DNA of 64,000 bases from Camelus ferus. Taxonomy: Eukaryota. Below the pieces are notes generated by a model. It did no database searches and was not told where the DNA came from. It worked only from the letters and a program-made list of their open reading frames with translations. Positions 1-13,929 of this stretch are shown in pieces (position 1 is the first letter of the stretch; each line of letters begins with the position of its first letter). The DNA is taken from NCBI RefSeq assembly GCF_009834535.1, contig NC_045696.1, positions 67,768,001 to 67,832,000 on the forward strand, in the 5' to 3' direction. A program made the translations under genes and the position numbers.

Positions 1-1859
1 GCCCAGTCTCCACGCCAACCACATCTCCCTAGCCATGTTCTTGATTCCAGCCCTTACCGTGTCTTCCAGAACCCGCTTCCCTCATTCACCCCCTCTGCAC
101 ATTCATTAATATGTTCCACGGCTCCCACCCCACCAGTGCCTTCCCATGTGAGCACAGGTCTCACTTTTACTTGGGGGAGGAAAACAATGGGCACTTAGCC
201 TTAGTCTCCCCTTCTCTTAAGCTAGCTTTTTCCTTTTTTACAGCAAACTTCTTGAAAAAAATGGAAAAAACTAAAACTTAGAAATGAGAGCTAAACTCAA
301 AGAAATTCCACTGCTGGTTAGAGTAACATGAGGACCAGCATCTAAGTCTTCTGAATGTCTCTTGGGCATGTGGACTTGCATGCTACGTCTTCAACCCCTT
401 CCATTTGGTTGAGTTAAAACCGCACTACGGTGAGGAGTGCATACAGTGCTGAGTCTCTACCACACCCACAGCTCTGTGTAAGGCGAGAGCCTCAAAAAGT
501 TGTTTGTTTGTTTTTAATAAGTTCATTACCACAGCTTTGTAAACAGGTAATTCTGAATCCGGCCCACAACACACTGGATCAGAGATTGAACCAAAGCCAG
601 CTCCATGAGATGTGCTGGAGGAAGAAGTCCTTCCCAGTTTGTACTGGACAGGAACCAGGTAAAATACTGGGTCCCACTGCTTTGAGTGCAGGGCATACAG
701 AGAAAGAACAGTTGGTAGCAGAAATAGAATGAAGCAAAAGCAAGACATACACAGAGCTGTATGAGGAAGCCCTAAAGCGGGAGGCGGCGTTGCATCGTGA
801 ACATCATAGTGTCCAGAAAAAGTCTAAACAGAATCACCAACAGCAGCAGCAGCAGGAAACAGAGAGAAACCTGAGCGAAGCTAAGTCTCTGGAATGGAGA
901 CTCGCCGGATTGAGAAACACAGGGTGTTTACTTGGAAGGGATGACAAAATCAGCTACTGGCATGTCCTCTGTGATCTTCCAAGTTTCCACGGGGCCTGGT
1001 TGTCTGGCTGCTGACATGGTTTTTGGACTTCTCTCCTTCTCTTTGCATCCTTACTATAAATTCTCATCATCTAATATCAACTGAGGTAACTTTAAGCACA
1101 TCTTGGCTTCCTGCAACCGGAAGGGACCTACAGACAACAAATCTGAGAAACAATTTCTTTATTTTAAAAGAACTTAGGCAAACACAATTCTGACCCATAT
1201 CATATGTTATGGTTTTAAAAATAACTAAGCCTTTTCATGATGAAAAAGAAAACAGAAGGATGGGGAAGGGACAGTTTATTTTGTGTCTCTGCTTGCAACA
1301 CATTATCTGTGATGTGGGAAATACCTGTGAGAACGCTTTTCTGCAAATCTATAATACCATGTAAGAGCTCCGTTCTCTTCCATACCCACATTCTCAGATT
1401 TTAGCCCCTATTAATTACCTTCCGAAGGAAGCAGTGAGAAAATGTGGAAAAAAACAGGATGGCTTGGGAGGCAGAACTGACTCTCTGGACATTCATATCA
1501 TACAATTGGTACAGAAAGTTTAATCATATTCTAAGTTTAATCACATTTTTTCAAGCTTGGTTATGCAAAATACGTACTTCTTAACAAAGAATAAGCTAAC
1601 GGTATTTTTTAGTGCATGGCACCATTTGCATTTTTAATTATGGTAGATATTTTTACTGCATTAAGTACCTTATTCGAGACGAATGAAGAATGTGACTGTT
1701 TTAAGTAAACAAAACTGTCACAAGAATACCCTGCTCTTCTTCCACGGAGAGCACCGCCTGTATCCAAACCACAGAGCCATGGAAAACCACCTCCCCAACA
1801 CTTACTCTCCTGGCCACAAGTGTCTGTTTAGAGAAGTGTCTAGATTGGTCTGAAAAACA

Positions 1860-2750
1860 CATCCCTGAACAACTGAGTGGAAGCTTGGGTCTATGACATG
1901 AGCTAATCTGAGGATACTAACATTGGGACAGTGGTTGAAAGGGACTTCAGATAAACCTCAAAAAACAGCAATTCCAATTCTGGACATTTCATTCTGGATT
2001 CGCACAAAATCAAAGACATGCATGCAAGGAAGCTCATCTCAACATTATTTGTAACAAAGAAGAGGTGGAGCCCATCCTGAATGCCCATCAGCGCAGAAGA
2101 GGTCCGTGGTGGCACATTCCAACTATGGAGCATACAGGTGTTAAAAACCAATATGGCAAATCCCTATTTACTGACATAAAAAGATCTAGAAGGAAAAGAG
2201 CAAACTGGAGATAAGTGATAATATACCACTGATGTCTAGAATAAATGTTACTTGTATAGCTGTAGCCGTATATACTAACCCAGCAGTAAAAGCTGGGAAG
2301 ATGCAATGTTCACACCAGCACTATTTACAATAGCCAAGATATGGAAGCAACTTAGTGCCCATCAACAGATGAATAGATAAAGAAGATGTGGTATATATAT
2401 GTAATATACAATAGTCATAAAAAAATATGAAAAGAATGAAAATCTGCCATTTGCAACAACATGGATGGACTATGCTCAGTGAAATAAATCACAGAGAAAG
2501 ACAAGAAATAAAGATAAAAAAATAAAAGTGCTGATAATAACACCTTAAAAAAAAAGCTGGGAAAATGTACAAGACTACAGTGATTACTTTATGAAGAAAG
2601 TGTGGAGTTGGTGTAGTTAGAGAAGAAATAAATAGGGTGGTCAGTGAGGAATGACTCTGAAGCTCTAGCCTACGTACTTCTGATTTGGGGGATGTTGTGT
2701 TGAGGATTTATGTGCATACTCCATTCATATAAGTGTTTCAATAAAGTTAA
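1860..2750 (+). mobile_element. Old L1 (L1ME/L1MC-like) 3' remnant hosting the younger L1 insertion
   Basis: Degenerate L1 ORF2-end motifs: cagcaattccaattctgg, acattatttgtaacaaag, aatgcccatcag. Confidence 0.5.
2306..2551 (+). mobile_element. Short L1 fragment (ORF2 C-terminal region) with A-rich tail and TSDs
   Basis: Contains cagcactatttacaatagccaagatatggaagcaac...gccatttgcaacaacatggatggac. Flanked by aaaagctgggaagatgca (2288-2305) and aaaagctgggaaaatgta (2552-2569). Confidence 0.85.
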
Positions 2751-3870
2751 GGAACAGGATGCCTTCAATGTACTGCACACATTATTTGACTGCTGGGCCA
2801 GCATGGAAAATTGGAGGCGTCATTGGATTCAAAATCAAAGTCAGAATCAACAGAACCAGTTTAGAAATAGGGGTTTGGGAGCAATCCATTCAACGCTGTA
2901 TGTAGTAAGCGGACAGTGATTTCTGGCCAGGCAAACTCACAGACTTAATGTCAGGATGGGATGAGATATGAACAGAAAGCCGCTCTACAAGCTGCCAAGC
3001 ACTCTATAAATCTCAGCTACTACTAGAAGGGTTTGTATTATTTGACCTCTCAAATTTCCCTGGAGAGAAACGGACAGGTTTGTGATCGGAGATAATTTGT
3101 TTTAAACCCCTCCCTTTGAGCCACATTGTTTTATCTCCTCTGCCTCCTTTCATTAAGGTCTGAAATTAAAACAAACATCAAATGAGGCGGTAGGATTTTA
3201 TTTTATCTGTCACATACTGCTGTCATTAAACACACTTGAGATGAGTGGGTTTAGTTCACATAAAACTGCTTCTCTCCCAAGCTCAACAAACACAAAGTGG
3301 GGAGAAAAGGAAGCCTGCACTTGAATCGCGCTCAGATGCGCCTCACGCTGCACTGCAAGGAGATCCACCTGGCAGGCTGACACAGTAATAAGTTCTTTTA
3401 ATTGTCAGGTCAGGCAGACTACAGATCCAGGCTTTCGGTTCTTTCATGGCGGTTTTATCTTGTTACTGGTAGCTCATTAAAAAAAAAAAAAAAAATTCCC
3501 CTAGTCATTCTATATATGAAAAGCCACCTACCTACCTCCCGTCCTTCCTAGGAATTCAAGCAGGCAGCAATTCAGTGTAACAAGCATTTACTACCGAGTA
3601 CCAACGAACCGTGGTAGAACCATGCTTAAGGCTGAAAATTCAAGAAAAAAATATTTAAAAATTCTGTCCTGCAGGAAGTCACAGTCACCAGTGGAGATAA
3701 AACTCTTACACCCCCCCCCCAATGATCCTCACATGGCTCAGATGCTGGTATCCCTGATTTTCCCCATCTTTTTAAAGGAGTTACTTCTCAAACGTAAGAA
3801 TCTACTTAATCTTGGCAGTTTATCTGCTTACTAAAGTAAAAGAGCAACAGTCAGGAGATTCTGAGGAGGG

Positions 3871-3896
3871 GTGTGTGTGTGTGTGTGTGTGTGTGT
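3871..3896. repeat. (GT)13 microsatellite
   Basis: Direct reading. Confidence 0.95.
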
Positions 3897-6800
3897 ACAC
3901 ATGCGTGTAGTACATACACACTACAGAGATCCTCCAAACTCAGGACAAACCATCCTTCCTCACAACCTCATCTCTAGCTGCTCACCTTCATGCATACTGA
4001 TGCTTGGTGATGCCCCATTCTCAGCATGCTTGTGCTTTCAGACTGTCCCATCATTACTCATAGTGTCCTCTTCTGGATGTTTCCCTCTTCCAAACTTCTA
4101 TGATAATTTAATTGTATTTCACATAGTCTGTACTCAGTAAGTGGCTGCAAAGCCTAATTTTGTATATAACAAGCATTTCCTTGGGAAATAAAAACAATGA
4201 AGGATAGCATTCCAAAATTAGGAAGGAAAACAACATACTGGTGAACTTACCAATCTCACTAGAGTGGAAAGGAACCCTAGAAATGATCTGTCTCAATACT
4301 TTATAAAAGATAAACTAGATGTTCAGATAAGTGCAGTGCTTTTCCAAAATCAAGTAATTAGTGGAAGAGGAGGGTTTGAAATCTGCTCTTCTGACTTCTA
4401 GCCCAGTGCTCGCTCTTTCTACACCATGCTGTTCCCTTACGTTCTTGAGTAATGACAGGGACGTGTACTGACAAGCTCAGTGGGTCAGTAAGGATGGGAT
4501 GACATTCCATTAAAGAGAAGGGAGAAAAACCAAGGGTGCTTATTAAAACAAGTGTGCTTTCTCTTACAGTGATTGCCTCTCGAGATTGTACCCAAGGCAG
4601 TGTGCTTTCAGCTACCAAGTGGACCTCTCTTGCCCATCAGAATTAAAAGACGTGCTCTCCTAAGAATTCCGCAGAAGCAACTGGTAACAGTGAATTTCTA
4701 CGGTGGAGTAAAATGTCCTTTTATCTTAACAAGGAATTTAAAACTAGGAATAGATTGGAGAAGGAGGGAATGTAGAGGCCTATAAGCGTCAGAAAATGTC
4801 TGAAAGTTTCAATTTATATTCATTAAGAAAAGACAGATTTGCTTGGGGACTAATAAGCACACAGACATCCTAAATCAGGTTGGAAGTCTCGTTTCCACTG
4901 AGAACAAAGGCCGGGACACCGGCCTGGGAGACGAAGGATGGCGCCTGAAGTTGAGGCTGTGCAGCACGTACTTAGGACCCCTGAGCAAACCATTTCACCT
5001 CTCAGCCCGTTTCCTCATGTCTAAGATGTGGATAGGAATCCCCATCTTTGAGAGTGATTGTGAGACATCAATACTAAGGAATAAGATACTTTGTAAACTC
5101 TAAGCTATCAAGGGGGAACACTGAATTATATTATCAGGAAGAAAGATCAGTCCTTCAAGAGCTGCCTACATCAGCCAGGCTGAGAAGTGTTACCTGAAGA
5201 CTATTTCAGAGGTAACAGTGGGAACATGTAAATTGTGAATCCTAGGAAAGGAGGGAAAGACAAGAAGGGATGGCCCTCTGTACTTCAATAGCCAAAAAAA
5301 CAAAAGGATAAATTAATAATCTATGCAGCTCCAGTGAGATGTAAGGGATAGGACTGTCATTTAAATATGTAGAAGGAAATGAGTTTCGTTAGGTCAAAGA
5401 CTAGGTTAATCTGAGAGTTAGGACTGGAGTCCAGGTCTGGTGGATCCCACACTACATTATGGAGACTATGAAACAACAGAAGCCTGAGAAACACACAAGG
5501 AAACTGACAACACAGTGCTGCAGGGATTGCTGGGGACTGATCTCAGGCCTCATTAAATTGGATGGGATCCTGAGGAATGGTTGCCGGCCATTTTTCCTAT
5601 CTTATTCCTCAGGAATAGCGTAGCACAGAGAAAAACCAGGTGAAGCAACAGAGACCACAGGCCATCTGAAGGAGGGGACGCACACCTGCACATCCTAGGC
5701 ATCGCAGGATGCATGCTCTCTATGCATTCTTTCTTATAGTCCAGACACATCAAAAAGTAAATGCAATCATTCCTCTCTTACCAATGAGGAAATCAGGATC
5801 TAGAGAAGTTGAATATCCTTCCAGCACTCACAGAGCTGCTCGGTGGTAGAACAAGAATCCAAGTCCCAGATGCCAGAGCGAGACCAGGAGCTCTTGGTGC
5901 TTTGCCACGTGAGCGGCCCCATCCCTGTCCCAGCCCAGCTGGCGGAAGGGTCTGAGGGGCCAGAAGCAGGAGGTCAGGAGAGCTGCCGTGTGGACAGCCG
6001 GCATGCAGAGGAGAAGGTGGTTTGGGGAACAGTGTTACATTCATGTTTTCTGAAGTGAGTTTATGCGAGGTAAGTGTTATTTTCTCTGTTGAGAAACTGG
6101 GGGATTCTGGGTACCTTTTTCAAAGTAAAAATATTTCTCTTCGTGGCACTGCTGCGGTAAAAGAATAATAAAGTATGCACACCTACAAATACAACCGGCA
6201 TGAGTAAGGAGCCAGAATGACCTGGACAAAGGGGCTAGCAGGAAACTTTGTTTTCCAGTTTTGAGGGAAATCATGGATTCTGCGAGCACAGAAATACAAG
6301 AATGAAAACAGCGCCTCCTCACTGGGTTTCCTAACCGGAGACAGTACGACAGACTCCAGCTCCAGGCCCCGTATCCTTGGACCTCATAAAAGTCAAACCG
6401 TATGACTCCCTCATCGTAATGCTCCGAGTCTTTCTCGCTTGGTGCGTATTTCACTTACCGTTTTACACTCTGCTGAGATCCTAAAGAGGTTACATTACAT
6501 ACACATCTGATAAGAATATTTAGGACTCAATTTTCACCATCACTGAACAGCTTTATGCAGTTCATATATTCAAAAATGCGTGAATAATCAGGTACTTGTG
6601 ATCATGATGGAGGGCCAATTAAGAACTGAAGGCTGGGCCGTGTGTCACCAGAAGGGATTACTCCTCAATCCCATCCGAGAATTCCAGGCTGGAGGAAGCA
6701 GTGGAAATTAACTACTTGAGCTCCCTCACGTTACATCTGGGGAGACTAAGGCCCAGAAGGGACAGGGACATGTTGAAAGGCACATGGGGCCGAGGCAGAG

Positions 6801-9294
6801 AACACAGCAGAACATGTATTTTGTTTCCTAATCTCTGTGAGACCCTCTTGTCTCTCATCAGAGACAAAAAGTCAAGTGCTTTGTTGTATCAATAACTCTT
6901 CTTTCCCCCATGAATTCAGAGTAGAACAAAGGTGCTGCTACACTGAGACGAGCAGAGTCCTATGCACACCTCCCTCGGAAGACAGAAAGTTAGTCAAACG
7001 TAGTCAGTGTGGCCCATTATCCTCTAAATGATCGCATTCATTTCTAACCTTTGGAGAACCAGTGCTTTTATTTTGTTTGCATTTAGCACAGCAAAGGGGA
7101 GGTGAAAATGTCATAGGGACTATGGCCTGGAAGTCCAGGTAACGCTCCTTCACTGAGTTGTTTTAAAAAGAGTTGCACGTTTAATTTGTCCTCCCCTTTG
7201 TCTTCATGTGTTCAGCAGACATCCACGGAGAGCCTAACCCATACCAAGTACTGGGGTGTTACATACGATGGAAAACCTAGAAACACATCCCCACCCTTAA
7301 CACGTCTCCAGTCTAGTCAGGGAAGCAGAAAGTACACGGCTGACCACAACTGTCACAAAGCTCAGAACGTGACAAGTGCCAGAGAAGTCAAGTCCAATGG
7401 CGTGGGAGACAAAGTCCAGGAAAGGGTGAAGGACGAGAGTGGCAGGGAGACAGTGATAAAGAGACATGATAGACAGAACACGCTGACAGAGAAAAGTCCG
7501 GGAGCGAGAAAATCAGAAAGCCCACTGGACAGGTGCGCTGTCAGAGAGACTACGAGCTCAACGAAGTCCAGCTCGGTGAGGTGGGAGGGCCAGGTGTGAA
7601 GGGACAGGTTTTCATCTGCTGTTTTTCGTATATAATAGTTCACCCAGAATGAAAGAGTCAGTTTAAGGGAAGGGCTTGTATTTCCGCAGAAGGACAAAAG
7701 AACTGAGGAGACAGACAGAAACTCCCTGGCCAGGACTGGAGATAACATTTTGTTGGAATGTCTATGGGGTAATGAACAAGCAAGTGTACACACACACTTG
7801 CATGCTTTCTGCTCCAGAACACTGATCATCTCCACTGGCTATCAGTTGATGGCACAAGGCAGTTCACTTCTTGGCACCTGTTTGACGATTTACAACATGA
7901 AAGTTTGAAACTGGACCCCCTCTACTCTCATGTCCTTTAAGGTTCTGCTTACTGTATAATTACAAGCACAGAAAAGAGGACACTGGAGCGCTCACAAGCA
8001 CATTCCAGGGACTCGATAATATATTGAATAAGTTACGGCATTAACAACAATAAAATGTGACTTTTACAACCTCTGACTCCCTCCAGGTTCTTCTTGACTC
8101 TTACTCATCCTCAGGAAAATGGGGCCAGTGAGCTGTGCTTGCGCAGCGGGGCACACAGGGTTCTGAGGAAGGACAGGCCGGTGGGAAGTGCGGACACGGC
8201 CTCTTCACCAGGGAGTGCTCTGAGGAGCTGAAGGCACTACTTTACCACCCAGCCTAAAGCTACTTAAAAAAAGGCAAGAAACACCTGGTGCCATTTTTCC
8301 AACTGGGAAGTGAAGGTGCGGGAATTTGGGCAGGTGTTGGTTCATGGCATCCCATTCTGTCCACAGACACAGCTCTTAAAATGCACCACTCACTGCTGGA
8401 GTTGTTGCTCAGTGCACTCCCTCAGCCCAGGGTGATTAAGATTTAAACACCGCTGTAAGAATGCAGTAAACACAGTCTTGGTGCATTTCGAATTTGTAAA
8501 GAGCTACCTTTATATTTCAAATAAGAGAAAGGAAACCAATGTCAAACCTATCATTATTTTTTCTAATTCATGAAGACACTTCCGAAACTGTCGAAGACAC
8601 TGTTATTTGAGCTTCTGGAACTAGAAGGGGGAGAATCCACAGCGAGGGCTACTTTAAGTTCTAGGCGCTCAGAAGAGAGAGTGCTGTTTGCACAGAGGGA
8701 CTCACCACAGGGCAGCCTCCCACCTCACAGGTCAACTGTGCTGAACAACAGCTCAGGGTCCCTTTTGACAGGGGTGAGAAAATTAAACGGGTTTACTTGT
8801 GCGTTTTCACTTATACATTTCCTGGAGAGGAAGGGAATACAATTCAAAAGACACTATGAAATTATTTTAAGAAATTAAAATTCATCTCTAAGAAATTCCA
8901 GCAATGAGGTTTCAATCCTAGCATCACTACCTTGAGCATTAGAACGACCCTGCAGGTGACACCCTGATCAAGCTCCAGGACACTCAGGAACTTTCATTTG
9001 GAGCCTGAAGTGCCGAAGGTTTTGAGATATGAGCAGGATAGAGCTTCTCAGGGAGCTTACAATCTAGAGGGAAGAACTACATGAAAGTACATAAAATTAC
9101 AACATGGTCAATTCGTGTAATGATGAGACAAATGCACCCCCCAAGAACAATTAAAAGAAAAACCAGAGGACATAAAGTAGGACAACCAATTCAGGCTCAA
9201 CTCTAGAGAGATGTTTTGTGATTTTCAGGATAAGAGGAAAATATAAGGCAGGTTTACTTTTGTTAATTTCACTGATTGTTTTATTCCTAAGCAT

Positions 9295-9520
9295 TAGAGC
9301 TACCATTTATGGGTCATTTACGAGGTGACAGGTACTGCGCTAAGTGTTTCTCTCATTCAGTCCTCCCAATAACCCTATGAGCTGGATAATATCATTTATT
9401 TCCTTTAAAAAGAAGCACAGAGGAAGGGCAAATAAGTTGCCCAAGCTTAACCAACTAGTAACAAGGAACTAGGACTGGATTCCAGACAGTGTCATTCCAG
9501 AGCCCTCACACTTAACCATA
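9295..9520 (-). mobile_element. MIR SINE
   Basis: gctaccatttat...ggtactgcgctaagtg...aaccctatgag...aagttgcccaag. Confidence 0.7.
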
Positions 9521-10153
9521 TTATTTAGCGTGGGCTCCACTGGACAAAGGGAAAGTAAAACAAGTGTGAGCCAACAGCTCCAAAGGATGGTGAAGGCTGT
9601 TTGTGTCAAGGCAACCCCCACCAAAGGTCTAAACCCAGTAGTCCAAATTTTAATCCTCCTGGCATTTGATTCGACAGTGCAGATAACTTGCTCACTCACT
9701 CACTCCTGAAGTACTTCTTGTCATTATACTTCTGGACAGCTCTGTCTCTTGATCCTCCTCCTACCTCAATGTCCCTGTTCACGACATCTTTAACGGTTCC
9801 TCCAAGAGACAGCAAAGTCTTGGCCCCAGGGCTTAATCCATCATCTTAGATAATGTCACTCAGGAGCAAGGTTCTAAATTTACACCTACTGACTCCTATA
9901 TCTAGTCTATACCAAGTCAATACTTTGCTCTTGAACTCCAGATTCAAATACGTAACTGTCTGCTCAACCGCTACATGGAAGGCTAACAGTTAGCTCAAAT
10001 TTAACATATCTGAAAGCAAATTCCCAATCGCCCTTCTACTCAAAACAAACAAGCAAACAGAACTAATTATCTTGCTGTCCTCCTGACATCTTTCTAATGG
10101 CATGTCCATCCTTCTTTCATCTTAACTGCTCAGGCTGAAAAAACCCAGCAGTC

Positions 10154-10231
10154 TTTTTTTTTTTTTTTTTTTTTGAAGTATAGTTGATTTACAACATTGT
10201 GTTAGTTTCTGGTGTACAGCATAGTAATTCA

Positions 10232-10286
<55 letters not shown>

Positions 10287-10723
10287 AATATATATAGATT
10301 CTTTTTCATAATAGGTTATTATAAGCTATTGAATATAGTTCCGTGTGCTATCCAGTAGAACCTTGTTGTTTATCTATTTATACATAGTAATGGCCATCAT
10401 TAAAGAGTTCACAAATGATAAATACTGAAGAGCGTGTGGAGAAAAGGGAATCCTCCTACACTGTTGGTGGGAATATAAATTGGTGCAACCGACTATGGGA
10501 AACAGTATGGAGATTCCTTAAAAAAAAATAAAATTAGAGTTACCCTATGATCCAGCAATTCCACTCCTGGGCATATATCCAGAAAAAAACCTCTAATTTG
10601 AAAAGGTGCAAGCACTCCAATGTTCACAGCAGCACCGTTCACAATAGCCAAGACATGGAAGCAACCTAAATGTCCACCGACAGATGGCTGGATAAAGAAG
10701 TTGTACATATAAAATGGAATACT
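10154..10723 (-). mobile_element. L1 insertion with 5' inversion (3' tail on minus 10154-10388; ORF2 segment on plus 10389-10723)
   Basis: T21 followed by gaagtatagttgatttacaac... (antisense L1 tail), then a switch to sense ORF2 text aatggccatcattaaa...gtggagaaaagggaatcctcctacactgttggtgggaat...ccagcaattccactcctggg. TSD core agcagtc at 10147-10153 and 10724-10730. Confidence 0.9.
10236..10283. repeat. (TA)n microsatellite, about 24 units
   Basis: Direct reading; lies inside the L1 tail. Confidence 0.97.
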
Positions 10724-12137
10724 AGCAGTCATTCTTGATTCTTCTTTTGCTCTCATATTCTACATCTAATCTGTCCACAAAACTTGCTGGTGTTACCAAC
10801 AAAATATATCCAGAACCCCATCTCTTCTTAGCACCTGCCCCATACCAACCAATCTGCGATTACTTCTAGCCTACATTCTAATTTCCATAAAGTTGCCAGA
10901 GTGATCTTTAATGTAAGTCACATGACTCCAAATGTTCCCCACCTCACTCAGAGTAAGGGTCAAAGACCTTATGACAGCCTACATGGCCCTGTGTAATGGT
11001 CCCCATTACCTCCCTGCCCTAGTATTTCCTTACTCCCCCTAAGACCACTCAGCTCCAGCTTCCCTTGCCTCCTTCACTCTCTTAGTTAATCAAGCCAGTT
11101 GCCACCAGGCTTCTCTCCCACTGCTCTCACACTTGCACCTTCCTCTGCCAGAAGCACACGTCCCTCTGTCCCAGATGCCTGCATGGCTCACTCCCTCACC
11201 TGCTTGAGATTTCTGCTCAAATATCCATCTATTCACAAGGCCTACTCTGACTGCCTTATGTAAAACAGCAACAATCATTCCACTCCAACCAAAGCACCCT
11301 TTCTCCTCTTAATCTTGCTTTAGTTTTCTTAACAGCACTTAACTCCATCAGACTTCAGCATTTACTTGTTTATCTGCTGATTTTGCCTCTTCCCTGAGGA
11401 AAATGAACTCTTTGAATAAACTTTGCTTTATTCGTAGCTGCACCCTCACCCTCTGGAAGAGACTCGCCACCCAACAAGTGTTCAATAAATACTTGTCATG
11501 ATAATGAATAAATGGATTCTTTTGTTTCTCTTATTGGAGTTCTAGAAATAAGACCCAACTTGAAGAATCCAATAGCATAAAAAGAAATGCAGCAGTGTAA
11601 GCACTTCTAAAAGTGGCTTGTTGATTTAGAATCAAAGTAACATATTATATGTCACCATAGATTTGGACTGTGAGTCATAGACTATTAAACTTGGGAGGCA
11701 GCTGTGCTGGACTGGAAAGAAAGTAACTGGGAGTTAGGTGATGATGGTTGCAGCCTTGGCAGTGCCACTGACCTACTGCATGACCTCAGACAAGCAGCCT
11801 CACCCCGCGGGCTCTCCTAGTTCACCAATAAAGAACAATGCACCTCAAATCTCTAACGTGCTATGGTTTGGTATGAAATTCAACTCCCACTTGTTCAAAA
11901 CATACCCTTTCTGAGTTTGTGTAAAGAAGATCATTTCACTGTCGTCAAATCTACTTGCAGATCAGGAAAGAAGTCACATTTGAAAGCGCATGCCTTTTCT
12001 GAAAAAATACGTTATATAATTAACAGCTGAAGTGGGAGGCAGGAGCCTGTTGCTCTCCCTGTACCACAGTGGATGTTAGATCTTATCAACTACAACACAG
12101 AAGGAACACATATTCAGGATGCAAAACTCTTCCAGAA

Positions 12138-12198
12138 ACACACACACACGCGCATGCACACACACATGCGAAACACACATGCACACGAAATTCACACA
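12138..12198. repeat. Imperfect (CA)n tract
   Basis: acacacacacacgcgcatgcacacacacatgcgaaacacacatgcacacg. Confidence 0.85.
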
Positions 12199-13418
12199 TG
12201 GAAAACAACTTGCAGTTTTCCTTCAAATATGCTCATTTCCCATTCTTGATATGCAGTCTCACATACGCACAAAATGTGTTTTCTCATAAGTAGTAGAGAT
12301 GACCTTTAAAAATGCACCCCCCTCTTTATTCCCCAGCCTGTAATCCCGTGAAGATCAAAGTCAGTTTGCTCTTCTGCATGAACATTGCTGTGATCAGATA
12401 TAATGTGGGCACCTTGATTCTATCTGTGTTAGGACATCTTCTCACAAGTGACTCACTCAGCAGAAGCTCAGGCTTTGAACATGGCTTTGACACCATCTCC
12501 TCTGAGGTTGATTCCACCTTGGTGGTGTTACCAGCCAACATCCTGTTTAGCTGCTCTCCTCTACAACACAATAGGGTAATTGGAACTGACTGAACAATAA
12601 ATCTCAATTTCCCTGTTCCATCAGGAGAATCTTGCAATTTATGAGGCTCTTTCTAGTCACCAGCTCCTCCTTGGCATTACGAATCATTCTTGCACAAGCA
12701 CACAAGTTAACTGCCCACTTTTACATTAAAGGTATAGGGAAGCAACGCTAATTCTTTCATTAGACGTCCTAGATCTGTTCCTTGGGGACCCAGAGAAGGC
12801 TGGGTGCTGCTCCTGGGTTGAATGTATGAAGAGGCCATCCACCTCCTCACTCAAGCTGTCAGTTCCAAGACACAGGAGTTCAAGGTACTGCTATTCCAAA
12901 GAGTGAGCATCTCTTTGTCCTCCTAGGCACTCCTCACTGCTACCAAGTTCCAGTTTCCAAAATCTGAGATATCTTTGACCAATGAAAGCCATGCTGAACT
13001 TTTCACCCAACAAATCATGGACCATGAATGGCTTTCCTTCAGGCTCCAGAAGAACTAAGTAGAGGGAGAGGGTAGAAAAGAAAAGGAACGGGGAACACAA
13101 TAATATGTACGTGACACTGAAAGGTGTCCTAGTATACTAAGTCAAAAAATAGAGTTAGTTTTCCCATAGAAATTAATGCAAAGAATTGTTGGGTACCACC
13201 AAGCTACTTACTGCAATAATTCAACTTCATTATAGATTAAACATTCTCATGCTAAAAAGAATTGAAGAGCTCCCTGTTGCCACCAGGATAACTTTAGAAC
13301 TCTTTACATAAAGCACAGAACACACTTTATGATCTGACTACTTTATCTCTTCTCACTCACATCCTCAGTCTCTATGCATTATTAACAATGTGAAATTATT
13401 TACATTCCATAAACAGAC

Positions 13419-13929
13419 TGTGGTAGACAGAATAATGGTTCCCCTGTAGATGTCCATACTCTAATTCCTGGAACCTGTGAACGCATTACTTTATTTGGCA
13501 AAAGAGACCTTGCAGATGTGATTAAGACAAAAGATCATGAAATCGAGAGATTATCCTGAATTATCTAGGTGGCCCTTAATTTAATCACATGACCTTAAAA
13601 GCAGAGAACCTTTCTGAGCTGTAATCAGCATGACTCTAGAAGAATGCTCAAAGAGATGCAGTGTTGCTGGCCTTGAAAGGAATAGGAATTTCCTTTTGAG
13701 AAAAATAGGCCACAAGTCGAGAAATACAGTGTTCTCTAGAAGGTAGAGAATGCAAGGGAAGTGACTCTCTCCTAGAGCCTCCGGAAAAGAATGCAGCTCC
13801 ACCCACACTTTCATTTTAGCGGTGGAGACCTGTACTGGACTACAGACTCAAAAGGTAATAAATAAACTGGTTGTTCTAAGTCACCAAGTTGGTGATATTC
13901 TGTTATAGCAATAACAGAAAACTAATACG
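13419..13929 (+). mobile_element. MaLR solo LTR, MLT1D-like
   Basis: Starts tgtggtagacagaataatgg, contains ggcaaaagagaccttgcagatgtgattaag and ctctcctagagcctccgga, ends tgttatagcaataacagaaaactaatac. Confidence 0.85.

Larger units (their letters stand above)
9600..11515 (+). mobile_element. L2 (L2a-like) element interrupted by an L1
   Basis: L2-type motifs (ttgaactccagattcaaat, aaatttaacatatctgaaagcaaattcc, gccagagtgatcttt, tttctgctcaaatatc) and 3' end ttcaataaatacttgtcatgataatgaataaatg. Confidence 0.8.

Noticed and set aside
300..1135. Possible ancient ERVL/MaLR-type LTR and (CAG/CAA) Gln-rich mini-ORF
   Set aside because: Only the 3' end (ttcctgcaacc) is suggestive; the family cannot be assigned by eye and the ORFs are short and unsupported.
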